Below are positions 55,498 through 64,000 of a stretch of DNA of 64,000 nucleotides, one piece after another (the stretch's first letter is position 1; each line of letters begins with the position of its first letter). The DNA lies in NCBI GenBank assembly GCA_964016885.1, contig OZ024755.1, positions 28,458,001-28,522,000 on the forward strand, given 5' to 3'. The notes under the pieces are model-generated. The model did no database searches and had not been told where the DNA came from. It saw only the letters and a list, made by a program, of their open reading frames with translations. The translations under genes were made by a program, and so were the position numbers. The DNA is from Eledone cirrhosa (Eukaryota).

Positions 55498-55711
55498 ATA
55501 CACAATATTTAATGTCATAAAAGTATTTTCCATTAATTAGTACAAGAGCAATATATTTCCTGGATATAATTTCAGTTCTTTCTCTTCTCTTCAATCTCAT
55601 TTTCCCTCTATGTCTCTCTTATACACCCACACGCATCTCTCTCTTCCCTTCTCTCTCCCCCTCTATCTCTCTATTCCCCCCTCTCTCTCCTTCTCTCTCT
55701 CTCTCTATGTA

Positions 55712-55742
<31 letters not shown>

Positions 55743-55771
55743 ATATGTATATATATGTATATATGTATACG

Positions 55772-56010
55772 CTGAGGATGAAACATTCAGAGCTGTATGG
55801 GAGCCTCCCAAAAGTCAGCTCAAAAGTGACACAGAGGAGACTGAGGTTAGCTGGACATCCTCACCGACATCCAGAGTTGACATTGCACTCAGTACTCCTC
55901 TGGGGGCCCCTACATGGACACACTGGAAGAGGAAGACCAAGGTCAACGTATGTTGATGCCCTAAGGACAGACACTGGTCTGTTGGATACGCAGGACATGG
56001 CAGCGATAAT
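55772..56010 (+). mobile_element. RTE/RTE-X-like LINE 3' fragment
   Basis: ELYGSLPKVSSKVTQRRLRLAGH..RHPE..LLW.P.HG..GRGRP..TYVD. Confidence 0.75.
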
Positions 56011-56026
56011 GAGTTATATATATATA

Positions 56027-56208
56027 TAATTGTTTCTACTTTTGGCACAAGGCCAGCAATTATCCAGTACATTATTGGTACTTTATTTTATCGACCCCGT
56101 AAGGATGAAAGGCAAAGTTAACCTCGGCAGGATTTGAACTCAGATCGTAAAAGGACGTAACTATGCTGGAAAGCATGTCCGACACTCTACCGATACTGCC
56201 AATTCACC
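56027..56208 (-). mobile_element. SINE family 1, near full length
   Basis: Reverse complement of the family consensus. Confidence 0.85.
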
Positions 56209-56264
56209 ATAAATATTACAAAAATATGACCCTCCCCAAGTATAACAATATATATATATATATA

Positions 56265-56422
56265 ATACTGGAGGGTTATATCAGTAGTAGTAGAGCACTC
56301 AGTCCATGGGACGAGTTTGGTAGAAATAGTTCCACAACAGTTAGTTCACCATAGCGAACTGAGGAACCGCATAAGGTGAAACATTTGTTTCTCGGTATGG
56401 TGAACTAACTGTTGTGGAACTA
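56265..56422. mobile_element. Family F hairpin element with hammerhead in the loop
   Basis: 27-bp perfect arms 56327-56353 and 56396-56422 enclose CTGAGGA(56359)-acc gcataa ggt-GAAAC-attt-GTT; (TA)n flanks. Confidence 0.75.
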
Positions 56423-56437
56423 GTAATATATATATAT

Positions 56438-56601
56438 ATAATATATAAGATCAAAAGATGGTTAAAAGAGTTCCATGTTACATGGAACTCTTTTAACCAT
56501 CGTTTGATCTTATATATTATGTATACTCCAGTCCTACAAACTGTAGAGTGCTTCTTAACCGATATCTGCATTGCTTTATTGTACTACAATAAAACTCACC
56601 T

Positions 56602-56603
<2 letters not shown>
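56438..56603 (+). mobile_element. (TA)n-flanked hairpin element with tagagtgc tail motif
   Basis: ~40-bp arms ataatatataagatcaaa..gttccatgt / acatggaac..tttgatcttatatattat. Confidence 0.65.
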
Positions 56604-56680
<77 letters not shown>

Positions 56681-56939
56681 GGAATTTCACCAGCCATCGG
56701 AACGGAAGCCGAAAACTGGGATTAGTGGCCTTTAGTTCCAACGTTCTCCCAACTGAGCTATATTGACTGCCATAACTTCCATCGCTGGAGCAGGAACGGA
56801 GTTTAAAACAAGAGAAGGCCCCCGACTAGAAATATTGATTAAAAATATATTCTTCTTCTTTTCGTATCTTCGAAGCATGTGGTTATATGACAGTTTCCCA
56901 TTTCTTTACACAATCCTTTGCATTATTATTAAATTCTGC

Positions 56940-57316
56940 TCGGTAGAGGGTCGGACGCCATGCTTCCCAGCATAGTTACGTCCCTTTACGATCTGAGTTC
57001 AAGTCCCGCCGAGGTTGACTTTGCCTTTCATCCTTACGGGGTCGATAAAATAAAGTACCAGTAATGCACTGGATAATTGCTGGCCTTGTGCCTAAAGTAG
57101 AAACAATTATTATTAAATTCTGCGGCGGTGGATTAGCAGTATCGGTAGAGGGTCGGACGCCATGCTTTCCAGCATAGTTACGTCCATTTACGATCTGAGT
57201 TCAAATCCCGCCGAGGTAGACGTTGCCTTTCATTCTTACGGGGTCGATAAAATAAAGTACCAGTAATGCACTGGGTAATTGCTGGCCTTGTGCCTAAAGT
57301 AGAAACAATTATTATT
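56940..57316 (+). mobile_element. Two tandem SINE family 1 copies
   Basis: 56941-57114 (5'-clipped) and 57124-57316 (full), each preceded or followed by attattattaaattctgc. Confidence 0.9.
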
Positions 57317-57319
57317 AAA

Positions 57320-57500
57320 TTCTGCGAGATCTTTTAAGCTGCACTGGTTGGGGAGTAGAGGGCAAACAAGGCAGTGCTGCATCGTATGATCCTCCTCTCC
57401 GCATTCGCAAATGGTTGGGCCGGTCTTGTAGCCCCATCTGGCCATAGCATCTTTTGATCGCCCCATTACTGTTCTCATGTGGGTGAGTATCTTCCACTGG
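57320..57500 (-). mobile_element. Ingi/Vingi-like LINE C-terminal zinc-knuckle fragment
   Basis: RT.MGRSKDAMARWG..CECGEEDHTMQHCLVCP. Confidence 0.55.
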
Positions 57501-57689
57501 ACCCATGATGCATCTGAGCCAGGATAGACATATTATGATGTCACCAAGGTCTTACGTCATGATCGGATAAGGTAAAGTAACCATCAAAATATGTATAGTG
57601 TTTTTGTATCATTAAAACCTTAAATGGATATTTCCAGTCCGGCGATCTGTTGCCACATATCTCTAGGGCGGGTAAAATTCCCGAGATCC

Positions 57690-58020
<331 letters not shown>

Positions 58021-58317
58021 ATATGGAGTGGTGTGCGCTCGTTGATGGTACAAAACAACTTATAATGTAAAGTGAAGGCACTTACGCCAACTACGAGGAA
58101 TGACAGATGGTAACTTCATTTTTACCTTGTTAGTATCACCTCATTATTTTGCCAAGTATTTTCTACCATCTCCGCTCATGAGCACACCACTCTTTATATC
58201 AACCTTGTGAAATATATAAGTACCCGGTTTGTAAATGCGTATAGATGTTAACACGTACGTCAAGTAAACAAAATGCAGACATTCACAGTTAACCCCATAC
58301 ATATATACTATGTATAT

Positions 58318-58698
<381 letters not shown>

Positions 58699-59338
58699 CA
58701 ATGTGTGTGTGTGTGATTATCACCACGTTGAGATGTCTGAATTTCTATCTACTTATTGATTTCATTTATACAATGTTGTCTCTGTGTTTTTTTTTTATTA
58801 TTAATATCACTAAATAGCTTTAGCGTTAAAGTTGTCCTGTATTGCACACTAGTGTTTAAAATGGCAATTTAATCCAAGATAGACGTAATGTGGTGAAAAC
58901 TCAGCAGGAGTTATGTCATTCTTATAACTGCAAGCGATCATTTGTTTCAAAAAGATATGTCATACATTATGATTCTATTAATTCTTCAAAGAATCTCCTG
59001 AGACGTTTGTGTCTTGTGTAAAAAATAATGTTTCGTCTACGTCTGTGTTCATAAAAATATTACTCGATTAGTTTGTATATAAGAGTTCCCGAAAGCGGGG
59101 TTGATAATGTGTCACTGTTTCTCATGGTATGCTGAGTGTTGGGTCCAGTAACAATCGACATGTTATATAATCTACAATGTGCTGTCTTCTGCTTATTATA
59201 TATATATATGTGTGTTCAAATCCCGCCGAGGTTAACTTTGCCTTTCATCCATACGGGGTCGATAAAATAAAGTACCAGTAATGCACTGGGTAATTTGCTG
59301 GCCTTGTGCCAAAAGTAGAAACAATTATATATATATAT

Positions 59339-59369
<31 letters not shown>

Positions 59370-59416
59370 AATATATATATATATAAATATATATATATAT
59401 ACAAATATATATATAT

Positions 59417-59454
<38 letters not shown>

Positions 59455-59456
59455 TA

Positions 59457-59810
59457 GAAAGTGAGGTTTTTTTTACAAAATGAAAAATAACCGAAGTGTC
59501 CTACACGAGTGGAATTATAAAGAAAAAGGGATGAAATCGAAAATGCAACTGAAGTCTTATTTTTTTAAAAAATATATATATTTATTTGGTTCCTTTACCG
59601 GTTTCGCAGTTCTTCTGCTTTTCAAAAGGTGAGTTGAGATGGAGGGTCTGTGGTTTTTCTCACAGAGAAAAACCACAGACCCTCCATCTCAACTCACCTT
59701 TTGAAAAGCAGAAGAACTGCGAAACCGGTAAAAGAACCAAATAAATATATATATTTTATAAAAAAATAAGACTTCAGTTGCATTTTCGATTTCATCCCTT
59801 TTTCTTTATA
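59457..59810 (-). mobile_element. Family G palindromic element with variant hammerhead core
   Basis: 146-bp arms 59516-59661 and 59665-59810, 3-nt loop, two mismatches seen; cctt-TTGAAAA-gcag aagaa ctgc-GAAA-ccgg-TA-aagg. Confidence 0.85.
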
Positions 59811-59855
59811 TATATATATATATATATGTATACATACATATATATATATATAAAT

Positions 59856-59938
<83 letters not shown>

Positions 59939-60052
59939 TAACAAATTAATCTGTTATTTTAATAAATATTTGCTCTACGGTTCTTATATATTTGATATCT
60001 ATTTATCCTTATCGAGCCCTCTTTGGATTTTAGTCTCCAACTTTATTATTAT

Positions 60053-60120
<68 letters not shown>

Positions 60121-60122
<2 letters not shown>

Positions 60123-60312
60123 TTTTTCCCTCTCTCCCCCCTCCCTCTCTCTCCAGCTCTCCCTCCCGAACTGTCCGGATCTAGCTATGGAAACGGCCGG
60201 AGCTCAGCCGTGGGGTCCTGTATATGTTCATACTACCCACTCTACTACCCTAAGTATCGAGTACTCTGGTGTGTTATGGTCCACCTGGTATCTTACCAAA
60301 CCTTCTTTGTTA
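60121..60312 (+). mobile_element. Family A copy in opposite orientation, no hairpin
   Basis: gaaacggccggagctcagccgtgggg..tacccactctactaccctaagtatcgagtactctggtg..tggtccacctgg. Confidence 0.75.
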
Positions 60313-60321
60313 TATATATAT

Positions 60322-60527
60322 GAAAGGACCCATTATTTTTATCTAAAGACATTTTTTCCAATTCTACCCCGCCCGTTCCTTCAATCTATCTTATTTCTCA
60401 TTCTTTCTTCTGGTGAAGGACTAGCGTCCGAAACGTTAAGATCCTATTCCTGTTATTTCAAGCGTTAACCTAATATATTCCTTCCATATACTGTACCGAT
60501 TGTGTTGTTATTTCTGCTTACCTTTTA
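60322..60527 (+). mobile_element. Family E-like fragment with minimal hammerhead (core CTGGTGA)
   Basis: tctt-CTGGTGA-aggac tagc gtcc-GAAAC-GTT-aaga. Confidence 0.6.
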
Positions 60528-60539
60528 TATATATATATA

Positions 60540-60900
60540 GGTAAGTTATTCCGGGTTGAATCGGAGGTAACCACAGTAAGTAAGGTACTCAATACATAGC
60601 AGAGTATAAAAGTTTTAATATAGATGAGATTCTACAGAACTAGAACTGTTTCATTCTTTAGAAATCATCAGGAATCGTCAATATTTATAAAACAAACTTT
60701 GTATTTTATCTGATGAGAGTGTACCAAAGTTTTGGTACGCTTGAAATATATATAATAGAATAAATATGGTTTTATAAATATAGTTTCCATTTATTCAATA
60801 TCATTGATATTATACTCCAGAAAACTCGTCGAGTGCTTCGAAACAGTTATAAACATATGTATTTGTTGAATTAGCAACGAATTAAGTATCCCTTTTGCTT
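60540..60900. mobile_element. Head-to-head fusion of family D (minus) and family B (plus), each with a hammerhead core
   Basis: Minus gattc-CTGATGA-tttctaaagaat-GAAAC at 60648-60676; plus tattttat-CTGATGA(60710)-gagtgtaccaaa g ttttggtacgctt-GAAA(60743)-tatata-TA-atagaata. Confidence 0.8.
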
Positions 60901-61283
60901 ATATATATACCGGAATAGAACAGGTCAAATATGATGGGATGTATAATGTAAATATTTAATTTCATTACTCATTCATTACACCATTCTCTGTAAAGATATT
61001 TGAATTCCCGTCTATTCGTGGTCCTCCTTGTCATGCCGGCCTTCGGCTTATTTCATTTTACATTCATTTAAGTCAATTACAAATTAATTACAATAATTTT
61101 CCTCGATGTTTCTATTCATCATTGTGAAACATTTAACCTCTAAATCACGATGACTTTGTTAACCTATGTATCTATTTACTTTTTTGCTGCTATTACGATC
61201 CTGGCTTTCTTAATTGCTATTTCAACTGTTGCTTGTACGTCAATTAAATTGTACATTTTGTATAAATTTCGAAACCAAGAGAA

Positions 61284-61494
61284 GGCGCGTGGCTGAGTGG
61301 TTAGAGAATTGGATTCGCAATCGTGCGGTTGTGAGTTCGATTACCAGACCGAGCGATGCGTTATGTGCTTGAGCAAGACACTTTATTTCACGTTACTCCT
61401 TCTACCTGGAGTTGCGACCGGTAGATAATATTAGAAATTGGAAGGACCAGTGGAAACATTGTTTCCTCGGTCCGATTTGACGAAAGTCGATCGA
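61284..61494 (+). mobile_element. SINE family 2, full length
   Basis: ggcgcgtggctgagtggttagag A box, gagttcgatt B box, ttgagcaagacactttatttcac core. Confidence 0.85.
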
Positions 61495-62440
61495 ATGTCG
61501 TCATTCCAAAATATAAATGAAAACAATATGACATTCGTATGCATAGGAAAAAAGGGAATCTGAACATTTTTATGAAAAGGGGCTCTTAGATTTAAATATG
61601 CCTTTAGTTATTTTTACAACACAGGCACGCTGACTCTAGGAAAAGTAAAACTGCGGATCTGTACATGAGGTTAAACCTATTATTATTGGGTCGTCAAGTA
61701 CGAAATTTGTAGTAAGGCATAGGATCATATGTTGTTTTCTACAACTTTCATACTTGACGACCCAAGATTATAACTGTTATCACGCAAGTGTAACCATTTT
61801 ATTTTATTTTAATTCTGAAATGTTAAATGTCATTTACTGGCTTTCTATGAAAATTATTATGAAGAAAGAAAATTTACAAAATGAGAAAAAAACCTTTCCA
61901 AAAGAAAATTACATAAATTCCTTTAATATTTCGACTGTAATAAAATACAGTTTTTATCAAGTCTATGATAATGTTTAGTCTTTTTTTGACTGCGATTGCC
62001 TCAAGTAAACTAATTATATCATAAATATTAATTATGTCCAAAATCTGAAAAGCTACAAATTCCAAAATATTCTTTCCCTCAAGTATTTCAGATATTTTGA
62101 CTTGACAAATTCTTAGCCGCAATATTAAAATAAAACTAAAAGAAACAAATTCGATGAGGAAATCTGTAAATACTTAAGTTAATAATTGCTTACATGGTTA
62201 TGAATTTTAATAATAATTGCAACAAAATATCAGAAACATATGTTGCACATCTGTTGACACTAATAGACCTCTAGCAATATTGTGTTTAGACTAAATGAAG
62301 AATCATGGTGGATGAAGCAAAAGAACGTTAGTTAAATCTTTTGACAACAATCAATTTCGGAAATGTCATTTCTGAGTTCCAATCGTACTAGGTATAGACA
62401 TTAAGTATTGACATAAATGGTATACATAACTGCTATTTAA

Positions 62441-62471
62441 TACCCGAGCAACGCAGGATACCGCTGCTAGT
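62441..62471 (+). mobile_element. Helitron-like 3' terminus
   Basis: Degenerate hairpin tacccgagcaacgcaggata followed by CTAG|T; 5' end not located. Confidence 0.5.
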
Positions 62472-63339
62472 ACATATATATATATAAGGTTTATGTCAAA
62501 CCAAATAAAATACCGTGTATGATTAATTTTCTATGCAACGTAGATCAAGGAAACGCTGCAGTTCTGATTCAATCACATAGTGATATCAATAACACGTGTC
62601 TGTCACTAATAAACATATCTGAGAGATTGAGTTTAGAAATATATTATCATCAGGTCTCCTTCTTTTTCTAATATTGTAGAGTGCAAATTACGGGATATCT
62701 GCTTTCCTTAGCAGGTCAAGCGGTCATGTAGAAACTCATTCCATCGTACGCTACAGATATTTTTCTTGATGATGTGTTATATTATTATTAATATATGTTA
62801 CAAGCAGTTAGGCGTCTATGCAAAATGACAAAAGTATTGTGGAGTCAATTGAACAAACAAATCTCCCTCCAACAAATTCTGACGTTTTTAAAGTGAATTA
62901 AGAGTAGTCTTTATTTTGTGTATTCACACAGTGGCGGTGAAATTTCTGGAAAAGGCGCAATATAAGATTATCTTTCTAGGCTGGTTTACGTTCCAAGTGT
63001 TAATTGAGAAAGTTAGAGGTAGAAACTTACTCTGGTAATCGACTGGTTCATTATCTATTGACAATAAAGTGTTGAAATATATCAACGGTATTTGAACTCA
63101 GAGCTCAGAGACTCAAAGCAAATACTACAAAGTATTCAATCACATGCTGTATTTCTTTTTTCTAATTTGCTGCATATATGTATCTGGAGGCGGAGTAGCT
63201 ATGTATGAATTTGTTCAATATCTTTCATATTAATTTACAATCACGTCGAAATCAATGATCACACTAACATTCATTTAAAAAAAATATAACACAGAGACCT
63301 GTAAATTTGTTCCCGTTGAAAATATCTGTGACTGGTATA

Positions 63340-63770
63340 TTCAAGTAACATACATAACAGTTTTCTGAATGCAAGACATCAGTAAATATCAGTAACGTTA
63401 ACACTAATAAGAGCCATAAATAAAACGATGTGACACCAATACGTGTAACAGAAATGTTGACATTACCTTCTGCAATCGTGAAGTGACACTAACATCTGTA
63501 ATTGTGATGCTGACATTTACATCTGTAAAAGAAACGTTGACACTAAGAGCTGTGACAGATACATTGATATTAACGTGTGTAAAAAAAAAAAAAATTAAGT
63601 GTCGCTAAGAACTGTGACAGATATTTAGATACTATCATCTGTAAAAGAAATGTTACCACTTAGAGCTGTGTCATAATTTGTTACGCACGTACGCAAAAAG
63701 AAATGTTGACACAAATAGCTCAAACGTTTAGTTGATACTCAACACTGAAATAAAAATGTTTATACTAAGG
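63340..63770. repeat. Degenerate 27-bp minisatellite
   Basis: Approximate unit gtaacagaaatgttgacactaacatct. Confidence 0.65.
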
Positions 63771-63952
63771 CCTATCCTTTGGTAATATCGTTAGATCTAA
63801 GGAGGAAATGCAGCATGATCCTTGTTTTAGCTCTTTGAGTGCAAATCTCCACGATGTCAATTCTGCACGTTATCCTTTCGGGATCATCAAAATATATATC
63901 AATGGAGAGTACAATCTGTCGAAATGCAAAGAGCGTCAGAGATAATGATTTT

Positions 63953-64000
63953 GGGTATTACCGCAGGGTATTACCGTAGGGTATTACCGTAGGGTATTTC
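63953..64000. repeat. 13-bp tandem repeat running off the window
   Basis: gggtattaccgYa x3 plus a partial unit. Confidence 0.8.

Noticed and set aside
56690-56765. tRNA gene on the minus strand (atagctcagttgggagaacg)
   Set aside because: Only an A-box/D-arm-like piece with no intact cloverleaf; SINE heads are likewise tRNA-derived, not tRNA genes.

Overview
AT-rich, microsatellite-saturated metazoan DNA with no recognisable host protein-coding exon. The repeat style suggests a coleoid cephalopod, probably Octopus (inference). Almost all listed ORFs are simple-repeat artefacts. The real content is: (i) decayed retroelements of several clades (R4/Dong-like RLE LINE, Tx1/L1, RTE, CRE, Ingi-like, and a Naiad-like Penelope RT + GIY-YIG element); (ii) two abundant tRNA-derived SINE families, small MITEs, a Helitron 3' end and several minisatellites; and (iii) about 20 short non-coding elements from at least 6 families, mostly embedded in (TA)n. 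Most of these fold back as long near-perfect palindromes, many carry type I hammerhead ribozyme cores, and they share a short GAGTRC-like tail motif. One palindromic copy (54757-55171) has dense A-to-G changes on the same strand in both arms but not in its unpaired tail. This looks like an ADAR-hyper-edited hairpin RNA that was reverse-transcribed into the genome. Alignments and counts were done by eye and are approximate.
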